Positions 1-8,614 of a DNA stretch of 64,000 nucleotides are shown here, one piece after another. The position numbers were made by a program, and so were the translations under genes. Each line of letters opens with the position of its first letter. Positions within the stretch are counted from its first letter, which is position 1. The notes under the pieces were generated by a model, which was not told where the DNA came from, did not search any database, and saw nothing but the letters and a program-made list of their open reading frames with translations. The stretch spans positions 1-64,000 of the IMG/VR virus record IMGVR_UViG_3300027793_000052; one strand, given 5' to 3'.

Positions 1-884
1 CTTATAGAAACCCATCCGAAGATGCCACAACCAAGATACAAGAAATAAATGAAGCCTATGAAATTTTAATAGGTAAAAAACAACCACCAAGAGAAGAAAT
101 ACCTAATAAAGGTGGTTTTGGTGGTAACCCATTTAATAATCCTTTTAATAACCCTTTTGCTGGGTTTAGAATGAAATCTAGACCCATTAGTATACTGGTT
201 AATGTAACATTAGAAGATATTTTTCACGGTGTTAACAAAAATATAAAATTTAATGTTAATAAAACTTGTAAAACATGTCAGGGTAATGGTGGTAACACCA
301 CAACATGTACACATTGTAATGGAAGAGGTGGTAAAATAGAATACCACCAAGCTATGGGTATGCAAACAATGATAATGTGTAGTCATTGTGGTGGTTCTGG
401 ACAAATGAGGGTTGATACTTGTGGTACATGTCACGGTGCTGGCATTATAAACCATATAGAAAGTTTTGATTTAAAAATACCCAAAGGACTAACCGAAGGT
501 GGTAGATTAATTATACAAGGTTTGGGGGCTGAAGGTCCTAACTTGGAAAGGGGCGACGTAGTTGTCAATTTTAATATACAACCCCACCCAAAATTCCAAT
601 TGGAAGGTTTAAATTTACATAAAACAGAAGAATTACCTTTTGTTGATATGATATTAGGTAAAGAAATTGAAATAGAAAGTTTTAGTGGTAAGTTTAAAGT
701 TAATATACCTGAATATTGTGAAAGTAACAAAGTCATAAGATTAAAAGGCCAGGGTTTAATTGACGAGGATACAGGTATTACAGGAGACTTATATGTTAAA
801 TTAACACCAAAAGTACCAAAAAATATAACAGATAGAGAAAAAGAATTGTTACAAGAACTTAGGAGCTCAATCAATTTTTCGTGA
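1..884 (+). CDS. dnaJ: DnaJ-type co-chaperone, 5'-truncated by the window edge
   Basis: Frame open from nt 3: YRNPSEDATTKIQEINEAYEIL (end of J-domain), G/F-rich linker, four CxxCxGxG zinc-finger repeats, C-terminal substrate-binding domain. Confidence 0.92.
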   Translation, partial: YRNPSEDATTKIQEINEAYEILIGKKQPPREEIPNKGGFGGNPFNNPFNNPFAGFRMKSRPISILVNVTLEDIFHGVNKNIKFNVNKTCKTCQGNGGNTTTCTHCNGRGGKIEYHQAMGMQTMIMCSHCGGSGQMRVDTCGTCHGAGIINHIESFDLKIPKGLTEGGRLIIQGLGAEGPNLERGDVVVNFNIQPHPKFQLEGLNLHKTEELPFVDMILGKEIEIESFSGKFKVNIPEYCESNKVIRLKGQGLIDEDTGITGDLYVKLTPKVPKNITDREKELLQELRSSINFS

Positions 885-896
885 TATTTATAAAAT

Positions 897-2036
897 ATGA
901 AAAAGAAAGAGTTACTTAAAGAAATCATGGGTGTACCCAAAGCTTTAAATTTTTGGGTTGATTATTTTAGTATTATATTAGCTGGTATGGCCAAATCAAT
1001 TTCACAATCAGATGAGATGGAAGAAGCTGAAGTAACCTATAAAAATCCAAATAACCCTGAAGAAATTGTTGAGGATTTAGCAAATCGTGGTTATAAAACC
1101 ATGGATGGTAAAACAGTGATGGATTGGGTACAAAAAATAGGTGGTTATTCAGACTTAGGGCAATTAATAAAAAATCCAACATATAAAGAATTTCCATTAT
1201 ACAAACCAACAATTGGTTTGATGGTAACATTTGTACCTGATGAATTATATGAAAGTGAAATTAGTGGTGATTATACAAAATCGATTCATGCCTATCATAT
1301 TTGGGATCCAAATACAATAAAACTGTCTAAAATGGGTGGTGACAATTTTGTTTTTCTTGGACAAAGTTTTAATTTTGAAGTTATGGTACCATTTTCATGG
1401 ATTGAGAATTTTGATACGGATCAGTTTAGAAAAATGTTAAAACCTGTTATTGGTCATGAGTTGACACATGCTTATGAAACATATAAAAGATTTCTTGGAA
1501 CAGGTGATCCTCTAAAAGGTCGTGAAACTTTTTTAAATGTCGCTTCTGAAACGGCTAAAAAATCCGATAACCCTTATTGGGGAAAATTTTTGTATTTGAT
1601 ATATCTATCATTATCCTATGAAATAAATGCCAGAATAGTAGAATTATATTCTTTTATTAAAAACAATGACATTAAAAACCAAGAGGAATTTATGAATGTT
1701 TTACAAAAAAGTTCTATATGGGATAAGATTAAAAAATTACAATCTTTTAATGCTGAAAACTATATTAATAATTTTAGTGACGATGAAATTAAATCTTTAA
1801 TAGATAATTGGGACCGAACATTACAGGATTTAAACATAGAAATGACAAATAAATTAGGTCACATATATAAGGGAAAATTAATGGACAAGGTACCACAATC
1901 GGCCAAAGAAAACCCAATTAAATTTTTTAAATTTTTTGAAAAAATATTCCATAAAAAAGGTGAAGATTTTAGAAGAAAGGCATTAAGATTATCTTCTTTA
2001 TTAATAAATGGTGAACAAGAAAAAATAGTGAAATGA
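897..2036 (+). CDS. HExxH (zincin-like) putative metallopeptidase, late-type gene
   Basis: GHELTHAYE motif with downstream EINAR; ATATTTAT motif at 884-891. Confidence 0.6.
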   Translation: MKKKELLKEIMGVPKALNFWVDYFSIILAGMAKSISQSDEMEEAEVTYKNPNNPEEIVEDLANRGYKTMDGKTVMDWVQKIGGYSDLGQLIKNPTYKEFPLYKPTIGLMVTFVPDELYESEISGDYTKSIHAYHIWDPNTIKLSKMGGDNFVFLGQSFNFEVMVPFSWIENFDTDQFRKMLKPVIGHELTHAYETYKRFLGTGDPLKGRETFLNVASETAKKSDNPYWGKFLYLIYLSLSYEINARIVELYSFIKNNDIKNQEEFMNVLQKSSIWDKIKKLQSFNAENYINNFSDDEIKSLIDNWDRTLQDLNIEMTNKLGHIYKGKLMDKVPQSAKENPIKFFKFFEKIFHKKGEDFRRKALRLSSLLINGEQEKIVK

Positions 2037-2139
2037 TGGAAAATTATAAAATTAATAGTGATTTAATTTCACAAGAAGAGATGGCAAAAAGGTGGGAAGA
2101 AAAAATAATTGGGTTACTACCTAAATTAAAAAAAATAAT

Positions 2140-2181
2140 TTGACATTTAAATAAACTTTTGTATATTTGTATCATATTTAT
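2140..2181 (+). promoter_or_regulatory. Composite promoter of tRNA operon 1 (TTGACA / TAnnTTTG / ATATTTAT)
   Basis: TTGACA 2140, TATATTTG 2162, ATATTTAT 2174; near-identical blocks precede tRNA operons 2 and 3. Confidence 0.7.
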
Positions 2182-2212
2182 TAAACACAAAAAATTATAT
2201 AGTAAACTCACC

Positions 2213-2302
2213 ATGACAAAGGCGACAACATACATTGTTTTAACTCACAGAGAGGAGAGAGAACGTTATCTGACTAACAGTCGGAGTGGATGTCGTATAT
2301 AG
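2213..2302 (+). CDS. Leader peptide 1 (MTKATTYIVLTHREERERYLTNSRSGCRI), putative attenuator uORF
   Basis: ATG..TAG between promoter and terminator; AGA GAG GAG AGA GAA CGT run matches downstream tRNA-Glu and tRNA-Arg. Confidence 0.7.
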   Translation: MTKATTYIVLTHREERERYLTNSRSGCRI

Positions 2303-2326
2303 TCATGTCTCTATATATCAAGATAT

Positions 2327-2358
2327 AAACCCCGATTAAGAGTCGGGGTTTTTTATTT
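2327..2358 (+). terminator. Attenuator-type intrinsic terminator, tRNA operon 1
   Basis: AAACCCCGAT/GTCGGGGTTT hairpin plus T run. Confidence 0.8.
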
Positions 2359-2409
2359 TGGCCAATAAATAAAAAATTTATACTTTTGTAAAAGTTCTTT
2401 GATAAACAA

Positions 2410-2481
2410 GCTCCCGTCGTCTAAAGGCAAGGACACATCTCTTTCACAGATGAAATACGGTTTCAAGATCCGTCGGGAGTA
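2410..2481 (+). tRNA. tRNA-Glu(UUC)
   Basis: GCTCCCG/CGGGAGT acceptor; CATCT-CTTTCAC-AGATG anticodon arm. Confidence 0.85.
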
Positions 2482-2486
2482 CAAAT

Positions 2487-2560
2487 GGTTCCGTAACTCA
2501 ATAGGATAGAGTAACTACCTTCTAAGTAGTAAGTTACAGGTTCGATCCCTGTCGGAATCA
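2487..2560 (+). tRNA. tRNA-Arg(UCU)
   Basis: GGTTCCG/CGGAATC acceptor; ACTAC-CTTCTAA-GTAGT; GGTTCGA T-loop. Confidence 0.9.
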
Positions 2561-2650
2561 CAAAAAAAGTGATAAAAAATTTATAAAGCGTATTGACAGA
2601 AGAGGTTTTTATCACTAGTATTAACAAACAAAAACGATATAGTTCTTTAA

Positions 2651-2972
2651 AATACTGATACTTGAATATTTGAAGCGGTTGGAATGATTACATCAAACAA
2701 CTATGATTCAGAAAAAGGACATTTTACCTAAGTATTGTCCAAGGTTTAATTAAAAGATGGGTATTAAGTTATCGTCCTGTTAAACTTAAAAAAACAATGG
2801 GAGTTTGTTAGCAACTCTAAAATCTAACAAGTTAGGAAGGGACTTTAAAACCCCCGAGTTTATTAGTGTCTGTAAAACCTAGTCAGGGTCACTCCTGGTC
2901 TTCCCCGAGATGGGGAACACGAAAAGTAACCATTATTCTGAAACATTCTCAGATATCAAGTTATCTAGTATT
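2651..2972 (+). ncRNA. Candidate Ro60-associated (Y-like) RNA, long form
   Basis: Ends pair (AATACT-GATA-CTTGA with TCAAG-T-TATC-T-AGTATT); carries GAAGCGGT-N8-TTACATC motif; lies upstream of Ro60. Confidence 0.5.
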
Positions 2973-2974
2973 TA

Positions 2975-3063
2975 AAAATATTCTATTGAAGCGGTGAAGA
3001 AAGTTACATCATTATTATTGAAAACGAAAAACACTTTCATCTAAAATACTCAATAGGTACTTT
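2975..3063 (+). ncRNA. Candidate Ro60-associated (Y-like) RNA, short form
   Basis: TATTCTATTGA/TCAATAGGTA closing stem, GAAAG/CTTTC inner stem, same GAAGCGGT-N8-TTACATC motif. Confidence 0.5.
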
Positions 3064-3105
3064 ATTTGTCCACGTTAACTGTAAGAGTTAATTGTGAGAC
3101 CTTAC

Positions 3106-3139
3106 AGTCCCTACGAGTAAAATTGTGGGGACTTTTTTT
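3106..3139 (+). terminator. Terminator hairpin immediately upstream of the Ro60 start
   Basis: AGTCCCTAC/GTGGGGACT plus T run; overlaps alternative hairpin CTGTAAG/CTTACAG. Confidence 0.6.
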
Positions 3140-3169
3140 ATTTTATTAAACAATATTAAATTTTAAGTT

Positions 3170-4780
3170 ATGACAAAGTTCAAATCAAAAGCAGTGGAAA
3201 ATTTTGACGGTGGTATTTCTTATACCTTAAACCCATTGGATACATTACGTATCGTGGCAGCATCATCTATCTTTGGTGAACCATCTTATTACAGAGGTTC
3301 TCACGACAAACCATCTAACTTATCTACGTTAAAGACGTATGACGTGTTAGGTTTGTACAAAGACCCAAGTGATACAACTACTGATGTTTTCACTAAGGCT
3401 ATCGACGAGGCTTTAGACTATGACTTCAAGGCAACCCTTGAGTTAGCTAAGACTCTTCGTCACGAACACTTCATGAGGTTAAACCCAGCGGTTATCTTCA
3501 TTAGAGCGTCTCAACACCCAAAGAGGGTTGAATTTAACGAAGCAAACCCAGGTTTGATGAAACAATACGGTTTGGACATTGTTGGTCGTCCTGATGACAT
3601 CACCAACCAATTTGATTACTACATGTTCTTAAACGGTTCTAAGAATGGTTTACCATCTATCGTTAAGAGGACATGGGCTGAGAAGTTGGCGTCTTTCACC
3701 AAGTACCAAATCAAGAAATATAAGTCAAAGTCATTAATTGACTTGGTTCGTATTTCTCACGCACACTCTGAAGTTATCGATGAGTTAATGAAGACTGGTG
3801 ACGTGGCTGTTTCTGAAACTGAAACAACTTGGGAATCACTTAGGTCTCAAGGTAAGACTTGGAAGGAAATTCTTAACACAATTAAGGTTTCACACATGGC
3901 TTTACTTAGGAACTTAAGGGGTATTTTCACTGAGGTGAATGATACTGAAGTGGCTAAGAAGGTTTTAACTGACCTTAAGGCAGGTGTTAAGTTTGGTAAG
4001 CAATTCCCATTCCGTTACTACACAGCTTACAAGGAAATCGATAAGGTTTCTATAAACCACAAGGGTATGATACTTGACGCTTTACAAGAGTGTCTTGACA
4101 TCTCTATCGAAAACTTCCCTAAGTTAAAGGGTAAGGTGGCTTGTTTATCAGATAACTCTGGTTCAGCTTGGGGTACAATGACCTCTGAGTATGGTACAAC
4201 CCATATTGCTGAAATTGCTAACTTATCATCTATCATCACAGCTTTATGTTCTGATGAAGGATATGTCGGTGTCTTTGGTGAAAGATTGAGTTTAAAACCT
4301 GTTTCTAAAAGAGACGGTATTATTACTCAGTTGGAAGAAACTTGTAAGAGAGGTAAGTCTCAAGGACAATCTTGTGAACACGGTATTTGGTTATTCTTAC
4401 GTGAAGCAATCGACACTAAAACTCACTATGATACTATCTTTATTTATAGTGACATGCAGGCAGGACACGGTGGTCTTTACGGTACAAGTGTAAGCCGTGG
4501 TGACGTTCACTCTAGAGGTGGAAGTTATGTAGACGTACTTAAAATGGTACAAGAATACCGTAAGAAGGTTAACCCAAAGGTTAACGTATTCACAGTCCAA
4601 GTGGCTGGATACAACAACTCTGTTGTACCTGAAAACCTTTACAGGGGTTCAGTACTTGGGGGTTGGACTGGTAAGGAAGCCTTATACGCTAGTGAGGTAA
4701 TCAAGACTTGGGATGAAATTGAGTCTAACGACAAGGTTACATCTGAGGTTGAAGTTACTGAACAAGTAGTACAATCTTAA
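3170..4780 (+). CDS. Ro60/TROVE-domain RNA-binding protein (Rsr-like) with vWA domain
   Basis: MALLRNLR, KQFPFRYYTAY, vWA DNSGS and YSDMQ motifs; 536 aa; codon usage (AAC, TTC, CGT) suggests high expression. Confidence 0.9.
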   Translation: MTKFKSKAVENFDGGISYTLNPLDTLRIVAASSIFGEPSYYRGSHDKPSNLSTLKTYDVLGLYKDPSDTTTDVFTKAIDEALDYDFKATLELAKTLRHEHFMRLNPAVIFIRASQHPKRVEFNEANPGLMKQYGLDIVGRPDDITNQFDYYMFLNGSKNGLPSIVKRTWAEKLASFTKYQIKKYKSKSLIDLVRISHAHSEVIDELMKTGDVAVSETETTWESLRSQGKTWKEILNTIKVSHMALLRNLRGIFTEVNDTEVAKKVLTDLKAGVKFGKQFPFRYYTAYKEIDKVSINHKGMILDALQECLDISIENFPKLKGKVACLSDNSGSAWGTMTSEYGTTHIAEIANLSSIITALCSDEGYVGVFGERLSLKPVSKRDGIITQLEETCKRGKSQGQSCEHGIWLFLREAIDTKTHYDTIFIYSDMQAGHGGLYGTSVSRGDVHSRGGSYVDVLKMVQEYRKKVNPKVNVFTVQVAGYNNSVVPENLYRGSVLGGWTGKEALYASEVIKTWDEIESNDKVTSEVEVTEQVVQS

Positions 4781-4785
4781 AAAAT

Positions 4786-5256
4786 ATGGGGGACTTAATG
4801 TCCCCCTATTTATTTTATAGTGATATTATATTATTATTATATTCCGTGGTAAAGACGGAATATTTTTCATTTCTCAAGTACAACCGATTCAAATTTGGTA
4901 AACAGGAGGTTTCACAATTTGTAATTTTTGAGTTTAAGTGGTTGTTTTCAATAATAATTTTTTATTTTCATAAGTGTGATGATTCACAAGATAGGTTTCA
5001 TACTCACGCTTTTAATGCCCTATCATTTAAACTATTTGGTCAATATGATGAACATATATTAGATGATGAATCTAATGGTTCCTATCATACAGAACGTAGA
5101 ACACAAGTGGTAAAATATTTCCCTAGGGATTCTTATCATCGTATAGCAAACAGTAATGGTTGTTGTACTTTGTTGTTATCAGGCCCATGGAAAAAACATT
5201 GGAAGGAGTATGTTGACGGTAATGTAATACATTATACTTGGGGTAGAAAGAAATAG
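4786..5256 (+). CDS. Cupin-like hypothetical protein
   Basis: RFHTHAFNALSF ... YHRI ... TLLLSGPW pattern. Confidence 0.45.
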   Translation: MGDLMSPYLFYSDIILLLYSVVKTEYFSFLKYNRFKFGKQEVSQFVIFEFKWLFSIIIFYFHKCDDSQDRFHTHAFNALSFKLFGQYDEHILDDESNGSYHTERRTQVVKYFPRDSYHRIANSNGCCTLLLSGPWKKHWKEYVDGNVIHYTWGRKK

Positions 5257-5309
5257 TTTGATTTTAATTTTTTATACACTATATTTGTGGTTAATAAAAA
5301 CAAACAGTC

Positions 5310-5993
5310 ATGGAAAAAGTAACATTAGAAATTCGAGCCGCTGAGGGTGGTGAAGATTCGAAACTCCTTGTGGAGGACATGGCTGCAGTCTATCTGAAAG
5401 CAGCCAAGAATAAAGGTTTTACCGTAGAGTCCGAACATTGAAGAGACGGACTTGTTAGTATTTAGCTGACAGGTAAAGGGGTTAAGAAATACTTCCAAAA
5501 CGAAGTTGGTTGTCATAGATGGCAAAGAATTCCACCCACTGAAAAACGTGGTAGAGTACATACAAGTACAATTACAGTAGCTTTATTAGATTCCCAAAAT
5601 TATCAGGAGATAGACATCAATATGGATGAATTACGTATTGAAACAACTCGTGGTACAGGTAATGGTGGTCAACATAAGAACACAACAGATTCTTGTGTGG
5701 TTATAACCCATATACCAACAGGGATAAAAGTGGTTAGAGATGGTAGAAGTCAACATAAGAATAAGGACGAGGCTTTAAACGAAATAAAACAACGTCTAAA
5801 TGATTTATACCAACAAAACCATATGGATAAAGTTTCTAAAGAAAGAAAGGGTCAAATCGGTAGTGGTAATAGGGGTTCTGAAAAGAAACGTACCTACAAC
5901 CAAAAAATGGATTTGGTTATCGATCATGAAAGTGATAAGTCTACAAGTCTTAAACAATTCATGAAAGGTAAATTAGAACTATTAATGTGTTAA
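5310..5993 (+). CDS. Class I peptide release factor homolog (RF1/PrfH-like, no N-terminal domain) with in-frame UGA and UAG
   Basis: EIRAAEGGED, HRWQRIPPTEKRGRVHTS (PxT) and GGQ all in one frame; stops at 5439 (TGA) and 5463 (TAG). Confidence 0.8.
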
Positions 5994-6068
5994 TATTAAA
6001 GGTGGGAATTACCCACCTTTTTTGTTTTAAAGAATATTTATAAGTGTGAGACATTTAGTAGGTGAAAT

Positions 6069-6260
6069 ATGGAAACTTATGAAAGAGAAAAAATAGATAA
6101 AATATTAGAACTAATTAAGGAGTTAAACATTAAACACAATGATAAGGATTTTGTTATTAGAGAGGTTTTAAATAACGAATTAAGGGCTAACTTAACAATT
6201 AATGGACTATTTGTTTCAGACGAATTCATATCAAATTATATAAAATATGTTATCGATTGA
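6069..6260 (+). CDS. Hypothetical protein
   Basis: ORF track; co-directional in gene run. Confidence 0.5.
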   Translation: METYEREKIDKILELIKELNIKHNDKDFVIREVLNNELRANLTINGLFVSDEFISNYIKYVID

Positions 6261-6263
6261 AAT

Positions 6264-8063
6264 ATGAGACATTTAATCAAGAAAATATTAAAAGAAGACA
6301 TCTTTCAAATGGATAGATTAAGGCAATTGGAAGAAGGTGACTTGTTCATCATCACAAAAGTTAATCAAAATCTAGAAGATTGTGATCCAGATGCTCTTAG
6401 TGTTCTAAACCCACTTATCGGTAAAGTTTGTAAAGTTATAACCACAGATTGGGATGTTAATTTATATGACGGTATGTGTGAAGAACATTATGGTTGGGGT
6501 GCTTATATAATGTCAGAAGATATGGTTGGTGGCCACGATTTATACGAAAAGAATGGTGAATGTAAAAAGGATAAATGTTATTGGGTTAATGACTACTATA
6601 TAGATTATGATATAATAGATGATGTAAATACTGATGAATTTTTTACACAACTAGACGAACAAGAAGAAGATTTTGGATGGATGGATGATATTATAGATAT
6701 ATCTATAAAAATAGGTGATGTTTTTTATATAGTAGATTATAATTACGGTTATGACATGCAACCTATAAATTATAGACCAAATGTAGTAAGATATATTTTT
6801 TATGTTACAGATATTTTTGAAGAAGGCGGTAAACTTCATTTAAATTACAAATATTGTGAACCTGTAAATGTCACATATAACCCAAAAGACTATATTAAAT
6901 CCAAATGTCGTTCCACGCAAGATGAGGTTATTGAATATGAAAGAGCTTTAGAGTTGGTAGATAAACAATATTGGCGATTTATGGGTAATAACAATATGAG
7001 TAATAATATAAACGAACAAGAAGAAGATTTTGGTTGGGCTGAAGAATCCATCTCAGGTGATTTAAATTTGGGTAAATATTTTGAAAATTCTGATATTTGT
7101 TTTGATGATGAAGTTAATGTTGATAACAACTGTAAAATTACCGTAACAAAAGATAGTTTTGTTTTTAAACTAAATTATAGTTGGTGGTTGAATAAATTTG
7201 GTGAAGACAATTGGATGTTGGATAGACTTATCAGATATGGAAGTATGGGATATGACAGTTATTATGTTGATTATGAGTTGGATGATGAGGAGTTTAATTA
7301 TATTTATTATATGATTAATGAAGAAAATAGATATAAACTAGCTGATTGTTTAAGTGTATTAAATGAAGATGTAAGTGAAAATGATTTAAAAAATAATCTA
7401 TATGATGTTTTTGAAAATTTTAATGGTATCTTACCGGTAGAAGGAATGGCCTCAGATGTTGTTTATGAACTATCAAGAGCTTTAGAAAAAAATCGAAATC
7501 AACAAATAAATTTGGAGTTTGAAGATTTAATGTCAAAGACTGTCGCTAAATTTGAACATGTTGGAGGTTGGAAAGAAGACTACATTTTAATAAAAATACC
7601 AAAAGAATTGGTTTTAGAAGCTTTAGAGCAAAATAAGGATGAAAATTTAACTGATATTGTGAAAAAATACAGTTACGTTTTTGATATAAATTGGGATGAT
7701 TTTTATTATGGTACTTTTGATTTAAGTGGTTCTGAGGATCAAATTAACGATATTATGGCCGATTATTTGGATAAATTAATTGATATATTAAATAATGATG
7801 ATACGATACAGACATTAAATAATTTTACATCTTCATTAAAAAAATTAGGTTTTAAAAAAGAAAATAATAAATGGTATAAAACAATTAAAAAAGATAATTT
7901 AGATTATGTTTTTATTGTTAGTGATATAAATGGTGAAGACATGAATTTAATTCTAACTATAACCGTTTTTTATGATACACAAACCAAATATAAAAATTAT
8001 AAATATAAAATAAGTTTTGACGAGTTGGGTTATTACATTAATAATTATATTTTAGACATATAA
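6264..8063 (+). CDS. Modular protein with MRHLIKKILKE leader and two EQEEDFGW junctions
   Basis: Leader plus repeated junction motif. Confidence 0.7.
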   Translation: MRHLIKKILKEDIFQMDRLRQLEEGDLFIITKVNQNLEDCDPDALSVLNPLIGKVCKVITTDWDVNLYDGMCEEHYGWGAYIMSEDMVGGHDLYEKNGECKKDKCYWVNDYYIDYDIIDDVNTDEFFTQLDEQEEDFGWMDDIIDISIKIGDVFYIVDYNYGYDMQPINYRPNVVRYIFYVTDIFEEGGKLHLNYKYCEPVNVTYNPKDYIKSKCRSTQDEVIEYERALELVDKQYWRFMGNNNMSNNINEQEEDFGWAEESISGDLNLGKYFENSDICFDDEVNVDNNCKITVTKDSFVFKLNYSWWLNKFGEDNWMLDRLIRYGSMGYDSYYVDYELDDEEFNYIYYMINEENRYKLADCLSVLNEDVSENDLKNNLYDVFENFNGILPVEGMASDVVYELSRALEKNRNQQINLEFEDLMSKTVAKFEHVGGWKEDYILIKIPKELVLEALEQNKDENLTDIVKKYSYVFDINWDDFYYGTFDLSGSEDQINDIMADYLDKLIDILNNDDTIQTLNNFTSSLKKLGFKKENNKWYKTIKKDNLDYVFIVSDINGEDMNLILTITVFYDTQTKYKNYKYKISFDELGYYINNYILDI

Positions 8064-8488
8064 TGAAAAATTTAATTAAAAAGATATTAAAAGAAAACGA
8101 AGAAGATTTTGGTTGGGCCGAAAATATTATAAGTTCTGATGATTTATTTATAAAAAGAGGGGATAATTATATTATAGATATGTGTAAAGATATGGTTGAT
8201 CCCAATTTGTTTAAAAAAAAATTTTACGAATTTTATGGTGAAAAAATAGTTGATGATTTAACTTCAAGAATGGATATTAACATCTTTAACAACCCCAACA
8301 TTGATGGTTATCTCAGAGAAAAAAAACCATTTCAAATATTAGTCGAATATGATGGAATAAAAATAAGTAGGACAGGATGGAATCCTTGTTATAGTGACTA
8401 TCAAGGTGAAAAATCCAAATTTACCAAAAAATTTCCTAAATTAAAATCTTTTACACCTTCAGACTTTCTATCGCTTATAATGGTTTAA
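8063..8488 (+). CDS. Single-module protein with MKNLIKKILKENEEDFGW leader
   Basis: Same motif family. Confidence 0.7.
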   Translation: MKNLIKKILKENEEDFGWAENIISSDDLFIKRGDNYIIDMCKDMVDPNLFKKKFYEFYGEKIVDDLTSRMDINIFNNPNIDGYLREKKPFQILVEYDGIKISRTGWNPCYSDYQGEKSKFTKKFPKLKSFTPSDFLSLIMV

Positions 8489-8614
8489 ATTTTTTAACAA
8501 ACTATTGATACTAATTTACTGTTTGTTTTTTATTGGTTATATTTTAATTGTAGGTAACAAAAAATAATACATTACGTATTAAAATGTAGATATTTATTAT
8601 GAAAGGGTGTATCA

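Noticed and set aside
5622-5993. Stand-alone 123-aa ArfB-like GGQ protein as given by the ORF track
   Set aside because: The upstream in-frame sequence carries the PCRF and PxT motifs, so the gene is better read from 5310; internal initiation is not excluded
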